Below, one piece after another: positions 31,601 through 47,400 of a DNA stretch of 64,000 bases (position 1 is its first letter; every line of letters starts with the position of its first letter). The stretch covers positions 4,526,001 through 4,590,000 of the forward strand of contig OZ281500.1 of assembly GCA_965637545.1 (NCBI GenBank). The letters are read 5' to 3'. Position numbers and translations under genes: made by a program. The notes under the pieces were generated by a model. The model ran no database searches. It was given only the letters and a program-made list of their open reading frames with translations, and was not told where the DNA came from. This DNA comes from Phallusia mammillata (lineage: Eukaryota).

Positions 31601-33297
31601 CGGATTAATGCATCTACGTGTGAAGAAATTGCGATGTTCCATTTTACCGTGTTGCCATCCTTTGTTGTTTGTCTATGTCCGAATGTTTAAATATTGGAAC
31701 CGCCTAAGCATTCTAGGTTCACCTTTGTTTACATTTTTTTTTGGTAAAACGACATGTCCATAAGTTCACGTTCGGTGACAACTGTATTTATCTACGAAAT
31801 CCGAAACTAGTTATATAAAACTCGAAATAATTGGGCAAAAACATACATTTTGTGTTCGGTGTAATTATGTTGAATATCATCGTAGTAAACGAGATTTTAA
31901 CACGTTTCAAAATGCCGAGGTTCCTTATCGTGAACTTAATTTAGTTTTAATCACCACGCATGTAGACTGACTGGTTGCGCACCTTCCAAGATGTTGCCAT
32001 GTTACACAAATAGCACATCTGACATCCTGGTACCACTGGCACAAGTCATAATGCGGCAAATAACAACAAACCTAAAGGCTTCATTAGTCAGCCTTGTGCA
32101 GCCCGGAGAACATCGTGCCGCAGGCAAACATGGTGTTTCCCGCTTATCGCATGTTATTGATTGCGGCATTCTATTGTCAGTGAACAATGCGCAGCGAAAG
32201 CTCTAGTGTTTTGATGTTACACAGTCGAGCTGATTCAAGGCTACGAATCACGTGCGGAGAGTAATAATTCTGGAATGTTCGAATTTTTAATCTCCTCTCG
32301 CAGTTTAGCCGTATAAGGTGATGGTCGATACACGGAGATTTTATCATGCGAAGATTTGTTTAAAAACGCACTAAAAATTATATTTTTTTGAGATTGTCCA
32401 ATATTTTCACAACGCAGTTTGGAAATTTTGCCGATAAGAACCGTACGTTGTCAATAATTGGTTTACAACTGATGTTATGAAAATCGCTTTACAATGTAGA
32501 AATGCCCTGTACCCTGTTTTTTTGCTTTTCTTTGCCAATATGAAGTAAAAAACGAATCCATCTTTTACGTGTTTCTAAAGTTCTTTGTTAATGTCGTAAA
32601 AATTTGGCAATGTTAAGCACTTAAAAATGCGTTCGTAACATGTAAAATACCCGCACCAAACATTTAATTTTGCAGAATGTAGCTGAAATTGGCATTTTTG
32701 TCGCTACAACACCTAATTTACACCTTTAATGTATACATTTAGACATTGGGTGACGGTTTGACAATTTTCCAGACCGAAAACAAGGCACTTTTGTATTGCC
32801 TGTGCAATAATCCTGTAGCAAGCATTCAATTTACATACCTGATTGCGGTCGCACTGGACAAATTTGCCCTTCAGGTCGCACTCTCTGTAACTTCTGGCAT
32901 TTTCGCACACCATGCATATTATACCTGCAATTCAAATTCAAACCATTTGAAACGTGTTTAGCGATGAATAATAACAGTGCACAAAAACAAATTTAGCGAA
33001 CCACCTCAGTTTTGTAAAGTTCCTGTTTTTGTTTTGATTTTGTTTTGTAGTCTTTACCAAATTGCACAATTTTATGCAACTATGGACCAAAATATTTGGG
33101 CGAAACACATGTTATGTTAGAAACAATTGTTTAACATTTTATCTTCTAACTTCGGAGTTAAGCCAACTATATAGCTAACATCATTATGTGTTTACTAAAA
33201 CTGCAAATATAAATTCACCTTCAACTTCATGGGGCATCAGTGCTATCGCCAGAAACATCAGAGCAGAAATTCGTAGAAAAATCGAAACAGATGCCAT
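22638..33297 (-). CDS. Secreted protein: signal + Cys-rich three-finger (Ly6/uPAR-like) domain + 6 CCP/sushi + C-terminal vWA domain (15 exons, about 744 aa)
   Basis: Phase-consistent exons: 33297-33219 (signal), 32924-32839, 30330-30223 and 29640-29526 (ends CRCCCATNKCN); then 29346-29215, 28201-28075, 27280-27141, 26481-26266, 25290-25096, 24935-24738 and 24379-24200 (CCPs); then 23914-23803, 23662-23514, 23303-23122 and 22853-22638 (vWA: MLILIEAS, RIAVLPFS, VLVFTT, IMAVG). Confidence 0.9.
25683..25998 (+). mobile_element. hAT-type MITE
   Basis: TIRs caggggttcccaacc / ggttgggaacccatg with an exact 8-bp TSD ctttacgt. Confidence 0.9.
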
Positions 33298-34249
33298 CAC
33301 GTGACAAAGTTATCGTCGGCAACGTATTATCAGTGGCTAATGCTTTTAAGTTATCTTGTCTCCTATTGTTACCTTGTGGGAAACCGACAAGTGGTAAAAG
33401 ACATTACAATCAAATGCTTGACTTTTGGCACCTGCCGCAGTCATTAACATATCACATAGCACAATTTGTTTCCAGTTCTATGGGAAACAACGGCGCCCAA
33501 CGTGTAAGAAAATTATCTCACTTGAACTCTCATTAAATGTTGTTTAAATTTGATTCCCAATCGGCATATTACGCTTTGATTTGATGTATTCTATTTCACA
33601 TCGACACCGTTCTGTAGCTGTTTCAAATAGCGATCTTATGTAACTGCAAATTACGTTTGTAGTTCACTAGTGTAATTTCACGTTTATGTTTTCAAGCATA
33701 TAATGTCTGAGAACGTTAAAATGTCAAGCGTTGTGTAACTGGAAAATCTTTCATATTTGAACCAACATTCGACATAATTGTTTTAAACTCTTTGAACCGA
33801 TGCGATTATTGCAACATCAATGCGCAAGATTAAGAGTTTCGTCGACAATTATTTTTCAAGAATTTTTAAAATATTGCGGTCTTTTAGTGAAGGAATTTAA
33901 AAATGTTATTGACTAACCGCACTGTACAATGCAAATAAATTGACAAAAAATACTCGCGCGACTATACTGTATTATGATTATAACAAATCATAAAGCACGA
34001 TACTTTTTGAGCGTTTTAGATGATACATATTTCAAACCATTTTGCAAAATTAAGTTACACGTTGCAAATGTCAACAAAATTGAGCAGAAAAATTGCTAAT
34101 TTTGTGTTTGCACAAATTTAACACAAATTCTATTTACTTAATTTTCCACTTAACTAAAACGCCAAACGCTATTTATGCCTACGAACACACCCTTAGGTAG
34201 TTTTTACTTACACGCATGAAATCGTATGCAAATCCGCTCTAAAGCGTCC

Positions 34250-34440
34250 TGGCAGGTTATCCAATATTTTTCCCGCTTCCTAAACCAGATCCGCCCACTA
34301 ATATCGACACCACAGCTGCCTCTATCCTCAGCGCGCGTCGCTTTATAGCCGCACACCCATCGTCGATGACGTTCCAGTTTTTTCTCGCGTCTGTCAGTCA
34401 CGTGATCGATGACGTCGCACGGCCCTTGATTGTTCGCGTT
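34250..34440. promoter_or_regulatory. CpG-rich putative promoter/enhancer about 1 kb upstream of the CCP-vWA gene start
   Basis: Local CpG enrichment with E-box CACGTG (34399) and CRE-like TGACGTC (34410). Function is inferred only. Confidence 0.3.
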
Positions 34441-37400
34441 TCTTATAACCTTAAATTCCGATTCCTGTAATTTACGCCTACGATTGATAAAATTATTGCA
34501 ACGTCCTCCTGCAAAGTTTTAGTGAGTGATCGTAAACAAATGTGATTTTTTAGGCCACTGTTGTTTTAACGAATGAACTTTATAGTGGTACCTTTGATCA
34601 CCTTTTTATACCGATAGTTTTTCGTAGGCCTAAAGATGTAAATACACGTTAAAAACCGATGGTGCTGTTTTATTCTTAATGGTGTTGCTTTTTAGGCTAC
34701 ACATATCACCTGTAAACAATAAGAAAGCAAAATTGAAAAAATCTTTTTTAATTAGTAACGATTTAATTAAGGCCTCTTTCTTTCGTTTACACTGGTTTTC
34801 GAATGTAACTTGCGATTGAGAAATGATGTGTGAAGTTTTGAAACTGAAATATGCCCGGCACTTAAAAAACCGCGTCAAACCCGTAAAAACGTGAAAATTA
34901 CTTTACATTTAATCAACTCTTCCAGATTTTTCCTTTTACGGTGTGAAGTAGTTCATTTCGGGGCAAACAAATACCTGCGTTTTCGTTGGAATTTGTCATA
35001 ATTTCGGCAGACGTAGGCATTCCTTGGCTAAGCGATGGTTTTTTTGTCTGTAACGTCTTGCGTGCAACCTGCGTATACATGTCAATATACCATGTACTTC
35101 GGGCAGATAATTCGTATTCACTGTGAGTAATTTAAGCCTCTTGTGGCCTATACGGTTTGTGTATTAGTTTTAGAAAAGAGTCTAGATTAACTGTATAGGC
35201 CCTTGTCACGTAATGTGCCATGTTTTTTGATTTATGACGTGTACTCGCTTTATCTGTGACGTACTGTTTTGGATTGTGACATGACGCAATGTACTTTGGT
35301 TGCAGCTAAGGCCAATACCCAAAAAAGAGATAAAAATAGATTTTTAAATGTAGAAAATATTATTTGACATACTAAGGCCAAACTGAAAACTTGCGCAACT
35401 GGATTATCTGATTTTTGGATGTTATATATTTTAATTGGCATCTAAATTTAATAAGAAAATAACACTTTCAACAATGTGCCCTTTAACCCTGCTCGGCATT
35501 ACGTGCCGTATTCACAGGTGTTACCTCAAATCAAGGGCTAAGCTGTACTTTGGATTGTGGTGGGTTGATGAAATAAACATGCAGGTGCATGTAAAGGTCT
35601 TGTCTGATCTGAGGCGTGGGTTGAGCCATTCCTTATAACCTTGATATTATCCTCGATAACATTCCTGTTTCTTGTTGCCCGGCGGTTTCGGTTGAATTTT
35701 AAGAAACGGGATTATATTAAAGACAAACCTGTCTGGCTGGTTCCTTAGCTATTTGCTTTTAAACCAACTCCTTTTATGGAACGCGACTTGTCGCATATTT
35801 AGTGTTTCTTGCTTCCACCGTGTGCAAAAAGAAATGCTCTTTTGGGGTGCTAAGAGGTTATTTCAACTGAGTCCTTGGTTGAAGTATGGAGAACTGTTGT
35901 CAGGCTGACATACAGTACTTTCTAATGTATGTAAAATTTCCACATGTGTAACACTTTTTCGTTCCTTGGTATTTTTAGTTGGCTGTTGGTTTAATTCTAC
36001 GAAAACGTTTCAAAACTAGATGCGCTTTTATTATTTAAGTGGGTTTTTACGTTGGTTTTCGATCACTTGATCATTTCGACATGCCAACGTTGCTTTCAGG
36101 CTTCAAAACATGTTTTCGTTATTTGACAAACACCATGAACCGGTAGCTGTGCATCCAACTTCCGTCTACTAAGGGCACAGCACAGAAACTACGGTTATTT
36201 ATAGCTTGAAAAAGTCTATTTTTGTGCTGCCGGGATATTTGAAGTTTGTCTTAGCGCACGATATGTGGATTTCGACCAACTATGAAACTTAAAATAGGCT
36301 TGTTGTTTTGACCTGGCCGAACCGTTACTGTGATGACCCATCAGCAATTTTTCACTGCAAAGAAATCTCCCTTTCATGTTAAAAAGTGGACATTTTCTAT
36401 TAACCAATTGTATGCGAGTTTTGACTATTTTCCACGTGAACAAGTTTTTTTAACAGATTGAAATTTATAACAGTTCTAGCACAAATGTAGATTAAATGTG
36501 TATTGTAATTACTCATGTAAATTCAACCACGATATATAGGTTAAGTGATATTTTATAAGGCTGTTGACCTATTTCCGCAATTCATTTCATTTTTTTTTCT
36601 TGAGCGTCATAATGACGTTGCTGTGATCTTGTTTAAATGTTGTAATGAAGTTTATTTTATTGATTACTTCCGCTTACGGACGAATTTGGCCCGATTGCAA
36701 ATTTAATAACCGAACTACGTAAATGGAAGACCCTGAAACGAGTTCGCATAACTTTAAACCACAAATTCCAAATTTCAAACATACTCAGACACTTAAAGCT
36801 TAATTAAAAGCTGTGGATATTGTTATTTGTTTTTGTTTGTGAGAGTAGGGGCATTTTAACGCAAATTTGTATCTTATAAAACACAAACTGCTTTTACTTC
36901 GAAAATTTATAAACCAACTTGTAACTAATAAAAAGAGGTCGTCTAATTACATATTTAAACGAACGAGGTGCTTTCAAAACATTACCGCTACCACCACTCA
37001 GACAAAAAAACAACGATTATGTAATATAATAAGTCAAGCAATACCTTATATAGCCCCCGAACTGTGCGTATTTGTTTATTGCTATGTCATTGCATGTCAG
37101 TTATGACATCGTTCATGTAAACATCTGCATGTAATTGCCAGATCCGTCCCTGACATATCTTTCCATATAACCTGGCATTTTGCTTGACGCATTAAGAAGG
37201 TTCGTAGAATCGGCAGAAGCTGGGAGAAAGCGCAGTGCCACCCTAAGGTCGAACTTGATCACGAAATTCGAGGTAATTCACTTATTTTAATTCTCGCGTG
37301 CTGTATGTATTTGTAAGGTTCTACTGCACAACATGAATGGTAATATGTTTTGCATTAAAGTGCTAATCCCTAGCCGTAACAAAGTTTAAAAGATTTGATC

Positions 37401-39259
37401 AATTTTTTGGCAAATGTTTAAAATGTGCCAAGTAAAAAGTTTCTTTTTTAAAGTGCAAAAATACATCCAGTTCTTCGATTGTGCTTTTGCACATTTTACC
37501 TAGCTGACGTTTGAAACTAAATCAGCGCATTTAACTCCTTTGCCAACGAACTTTTGGCGAATAAAATTACGTAACCTCAAAAGGCGTTTTTCATGTATTC
37601 TACATGAGGTTGTTTCGAACACAAAGAGGTCGATAATAAGGACCCTTGGTATTTTTGGTTTGTTTTACGCATTTAAACTCAATCACAAGTATGAGTTTAT
37701 GTGTCGTTTAAAATGTTGGCCACAAGTTCATGTATTTAATTGGTTAAGTTTGTACCAATACCCGTTTCAGAGGATCATCATAGGAAAACTTAATAGCGAC
37801 ATTAAAAACGATTTTACCCGTTTATCGGTGTAAAATTGGTTCGCCATAAACTGTATGTTGTCACAACAAGTATAACAACCACGAGAAATTGCGATTTCCG
37901 CATTGTTAGACGACCAGAAATTCCTTACGTCTAGTCTACACTTGTCCGTAATATTGTTCCATGGCACGATCTAACCAAGCCGCTTTCGTAATCATCCCAT
38001 GACGCATCCGAACCACGTGGTATCATCAGACATGCGCACAACAGGCATAGTAGACTGGAAACTTTAGTTGCGAGCCAGAGCATATTATGCCATTCTGGCT
38101 CCAAAACATGCATGATACTGCAAACTGTCAGGGCGGATGGAATTTTTTGTCAAGCCGTCCAATTCGTCTGTAAAACATTGTTTCTTGCGGACCGGACATG
38201 CAGACTACTGAACCTTTGTCCTTTAATTGCCTGGCATTAACGCTTTTTTGCACTGATGAAATTTTGTCGTGTATTGTTTTGGGTGTGATTGGTGATTCGG
38301 CAAACGGATTTTTCTGTGTTTTGTTGTGGCAACATAAGGGTGTGTCGTGTATGATTGTTATGTAACCATTTGTTTCTTTCTTGCCTGTCCTGGAAAAATA
38401 TTACACTGAAGTGTTCGCAACGTTTTACCACAAGTATCTTTAAAAAAGGGGTAAAGTACAGGTATACATTGATAAAATTGTGGTTTTAAAATGATTCACT
38501 CGGGTATTAAGTTTTTGTGTATTGGCTGCTTTGGCCACCTGATACGTTGTTTGCAACAAAGAAGAAAATCATTAGTGCCCTTTTACCTTGTAACGCAAAG
38601 CCAATTTTCAAACGTAACCGAAACTTGTACTTGACAAGTATTAAATGTTACGTGCCAGGTTAAAGACTCCATGTGCTGCATGTTGCATATCGATCACATC
38701 ATTCCTGCAACAAAATCATCCAATTCCAATCGATATACGTCACCTTATAACGTACACGACCGCCCATCAACGTCACATATGCACGATGTACATTAAAACA
38801 CGAATTTTGATGACACACGCGTATAACCTCGATGCATATTGTGCAAGGTCGAAAAACGAAATTAACCCAGCTTTGAGGTAACTGTTTAAATCTGGCCTTT
38901 TTTGAAATGCTGTTCTCTGATTAAACCAATACTATTAGTCTAACTAGTGATTTCAAAGCGACAATTCAACAATTAATCTGTCATTTTGTTTTATTGTCTG
39001 AAAACTGCTTCATTTTGTTCAGACTGAAACATTCTTTATGGGCTTTAGGCTAAAATTGTGAACATTTTTTCAAGAAAAGGTCACGTTTGATCTTGTATCG
39101 TTTAGTTTTTAATGTTTCAAAAACTGAATGTAAGTGACCTAGTTTTAATTACCTGCCGCAAGTTTTACAAACAAACACACAATTAAGTAGGATGCAATAA
39201 TTTATTTAAATTAGAAAGTCGAATCATGAAATATCGCACAAAAGAGCACTAATAATAAA

Positions 39260-43064
<3,805 letters not shown>

Positions 43065-43310
43065 CTAAGTTTAGTGCATGTAAAAAAGCATTTATATACC
43101 TGCTTTTGCTGAGCAGTCAAATGTGGCTTTACATTACAACTTATGTCTTTTTTTCTTTCAAGATTTATAAATTTTGTTATTCAATAGAGTTTTGTCTGAC
43201 GCATCCATTTTGCATGGATGACCTTAGTGTATTTAACACGAAAATCGTGGGTATCTAACTTTTGCCGAAACGATTTGCTTGTTTATTTGTACCACACTCA
43301 AACCACTTAC

Positions 43311-43540
43311 GTGTTTGTTAGTGAACGAAGAGACTTGAAGATGAGTTGAGAAGCTGATGCTTGTTGTTGCTTGATACGATGAAGTGTGTTCTATTCGTTC
43401 TACTACTGTGGCTTTTATACTGGATCTGCTGCGAAGAAGTAACAGATGACGAGCTGTCAGCTGTTGACAACGCGCCAGGCCATCACGCAACATCAAGGTG
43501 ACGATTGCAGCGCCGAAAAATATTCGCCCCTTATATGGTT
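43311..43540 (-). promoter_or_regulatory. Actin promoter and non-coding first exon
   Basis: TATAAAA on the minus strand (43413-43419), E-box CAGCTG (43458-43463), CArG box CCTTATATGG (43529-43538) and several TGACG half-sites. A donor gtaagt after 43311 pairs with an acceptor just upstream of the ATG (42979). Confidence 0.75.
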
Positions 43541-44499
43541 CGACGCTCCATCAGCTTCGCTTTGACGCCTTAGACCAGTGTTTTCCGATTATTTTGTTTC
43601 AGCATAACCGTTTTCGATTAGCTTGTCCGACCCTCGCATACATATATACAGTATGTATAAACGATTTTAATGGTTTGAGCTAACAACAAATACGGATATT
43701 GCCCATTTTATAAGTTATTTCTTAAATTCCAACCAAAATATTCATTAAATGTATCGCAATAAACGAACAAAGATTCTTGCAATACTTGAAATTCTCTAAG
43801 AATACCAGATAAAACAAGGACAAATCCTGGTAAATTTATTCTGGGAATCTTTCCCTGTTGTCGTTGTAGCAACGATTTCCACCTTTCATTTTTTAAATCA
43901 CAAGTTCAGGAAATATTTATTTCCTGAACTTGTGAAAGCAAGGACAATTTAACTATTATTGATATATTTTTAGGCGGCCAAAAACCCTGTGCTTCGCACA
44001 AATCTATTATGTGCAGTTTTGATAGACAAGTATATTGGTTAAATCAGTTTTACGAACAAAACAACAGGACACTGCGTTTCCAATACAACTTCCTGTTTTT
44101 CACGATGACGATTGATTGCTTCTACGTTATTGCATATCGCCGTTGTGTTGCTTTATGTATTGTAGCTATGCTGTACATCTAGGATATAAGGTAGCTGTAG
44201 TATTCTACACGGCAAGTCAGTTCATCTAAACCTAAAAGTTTTGATAAGGTTGTTTTGTAGGAATAAAATTTATATTAATTGATAGCGTTTAGTCAGTAAA
44301 CGATTGGAAGACCTTGATATATATATATATGGTTTGCAGACATTGAGATTCTACATTGTTAGCTAACTTTATGTTAAACTAGAAGTTTATGTTTCAGCAA
44401 AGTGTTTTGGCACAATGATCCGTTGCATGACTCAAGCATATGGCTTTTCCTGCCACTGGATTTGTTTGAATGGAAACTTTGATTGAATGTCACCGCAGC

Positions 44500-47400
44500 A
44501 TGAGATTCAGCCTTTTCTTGCACCTTTTTTGCGCCTGGTTAAAATGTTTAACAGCTCAAGGTAAGAATAGTTTCACAACAATGTTGCAACTTATTTACGC
44601 GCTTTCAAAGCCATGTATTTACATGCAAGCTCGGTTTATTTGGTATAATGATCCGTTGCATGAACGTTGCAGTATATATTTATTATTATCTTTGCGACTA
44701 GAACAAGCCAGCTATATAAGCATCTCAAACAACATGTACCATCATCAAGTTGATATATTTCTTCGAACTCGGGAACACGTGTTCATGTGTGACGTACATG
44801 AGCTTTCTATAAGCAACACAATAGGTTATAAACCAAAAAAATCTACAACATTATGCGTTGTTATTAATAATAGCAGATATTAACAGATACAAATTGATGG
44901 TCATTTGAAAGAGATCAAGTCGATCATGTAAAAATCTCGTGTTACACTGCAAACGATTTTTATGGTCATAAAATTATTAAAAATATGGCGCAATTTTTCG
45001 TCGTTACAGTTACCCTGTCTTCAAATACGCTTTTATTCTTCTCTAATGATGTTGCACCTATTCAAGTTGTTACAGAAAACAGTTGCTGTGACATTGGAGG
45101 ACGATGGACGAGATTTTACAACACGGACAGGCCGGGTGGCCGAAATAAGTGTGACTGCGAAAATTTAAATAGAATCAGAAAGTTGAATCCTGGCGAAGTC
45201 TGCGAAAGTCCTTCGCTTGTCGATGGACGTCTTTTGGATGGCACTAGTTACCATTTGACTGGTCAGAAAATAACCATTTCGCCCCGTGTTGGTTTGAGAT
45301 GTTACAACAGAGGTGGACAGAAATGTTTGAATTATAAGGTCCGATTTTGCTGTGTAAACGGTAAGTTTTTGAGATTCCGTGTAAGAAATATTTTCGTCTT
45401 ATGTAGTAGGTATACTGTGACACTTAGTCAATTCATAACTACCAGTTTATTTGCTACGCCACACAAAATGCAACATTGTGTTAGCAGAACAACTCTTCAA
45501 TTTAAGATACTGTAGATTTTTTTGTTCTCGCATATTTTGTGGGCTCTCAGTCTCAAATACCCGTTTTGGGACGATAAGGCTAAATTTGTGCCGTGAGATC
45601 AATGTTAAAATTTGTTATTAATTTCATCACTCACTTACACTATTGTTTTTTTCTACACAAAAATCAATTTTCCCACACAAAGTTAACTAATGTAGTGTTG
45701 AAGTTCGTACCGACCACCCGTTTACAAATAGCCTAGAAGTGGTGGGGCATAAACAAAAGTGTAGACAGACCTAGATACAAAATATACTTTCTAAGGTAAT
45801 ATGAACTCTCTGGCATTACTACAGGGCACCCTACGTCTTGCCCTTCGTTTGTTTTGCGTGTGTGTTTGACTTGAAATAACATTCATACAATAGAAGCGCC
45901 TACATGCAACGACCAGGACTGGACACCATTCTTAAACCTTGGTCCTCCGGATGCCCTCGGAGACCTTGAGCCGCTTATCGACCTTCAGAATAGTTTTCCA
46001 ACCGCTACCTGTCATACGCCAACACATTTGGAAGGAAGAGTTGTGGGACAAACAACACTGAACATCCAGCAGAACGTCCATCTTAACACAGCTGAAGGTT
46101 TCAAATGTTTAAACGTTGAAAATGCCGAGCCTTGTGAAGATTACGAAGTGAGACTTTGCTGTCCAGGATGTAAGTTGCTGGTGTGCTTATTATGTTCAAA
46201 AACGTTCTAATGTACGAGTTACGGTTATCCTCGTTATGTCAAGTTTGTGGGCTGTTTTTCCTCTTTGGAATTCCTTTTAGCTGTGCTTAGTAACTTTTTA
46301 CTTTATATATATATATACGAGCAGTGTGTTGCATCAAAGCCTACGCATTGTTTTTTTCCTGGACGTATATAACATAGAGCTTGGTATGCTTTACTTAAAA
46401 AATATCGATCCGTACGTAGTTATGTTACCAGTGATAACATCCATAAAAGCATCTTATTGGCATATTACGTTAATGTGTTATAGATGTATTCAAAAAATAC
46501 ATCCATTCTCGGCGATTCTAACACATAAATTTCACTTTTTGATTTCGGTAGAAATATGCAGAAAACCCGACTTGTGATTTTTTAATATTTTCATCAAAAT
46601 TTAACGCAAAATCCAAACTTCAGACCAACCCGAGCCGGAATGCACAAACGGTTTTTGGACCGAATTTTTCAACACTGACACCACACGCGAAGACGGCGAC
46701 TTGGAACTTCTCTCCAATATCCAATCTCAGTTTCCAATATGTGATAACCCAACAACTGTTGAAGCAAGACTAGAAGGTGAATTTTCACACTGGTTCGGAG
46801 GACAGGTCGTTGAAATTGGAATTGAATTCGGTTTTCGCTGCAATAACTCTGCAACGCAGTTTTGTTATGACTATGAGGTGCGATTCTGCTGCCCAGGTGT
46901 TATTGGTAAGCATGTGTTTGTTTATGGCTAAATAAGGTGTATTGCCTGTTCTAGTTTTGTTGCATTCTATTTACCTTTCACTTTGAAAGTTTTTTTAAAA
47001 AAACTTTGAAGGTTGGAAAGCCGGGTGTGTTTGTTTAGCTCAGTGGTTCTCAAACGGTGTGACCTGAAAAGTAGCCAGGTGTGCTTAAAGATATCAAAAA
47101 ATACAACTTGTATGATATGATCCTTAAGGAAAAATGTGTTTTTTTTCATATTACTACCAATTGTGCACCTCAATTTTTTTAGCAGGGTCCTGGGGTAAGT
47201 CTAGGAAACACCGGATTGTCTGATTCATATTTGCTGCGTTTTGCACTGCTGTTTTTTAGTTTCACATGTCGACGACAATGGGTTATGTTGTTGCAAAAAC
47301 ACAGAAATCCAATATATATTTAAATTAATCATTATGACCAACGATAATACAAAAGCAATGAACATCATCTCTATCTCGTAAAATGGTTTTCTGAGACGTG

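Noticed and set aside
47041-47213. hAT-like fragment (cagtggttctcaaac...), with a similar lone end at about 61248
   Set aside because: Only one good terminus and no TSD, so these are not listed as intact elements.
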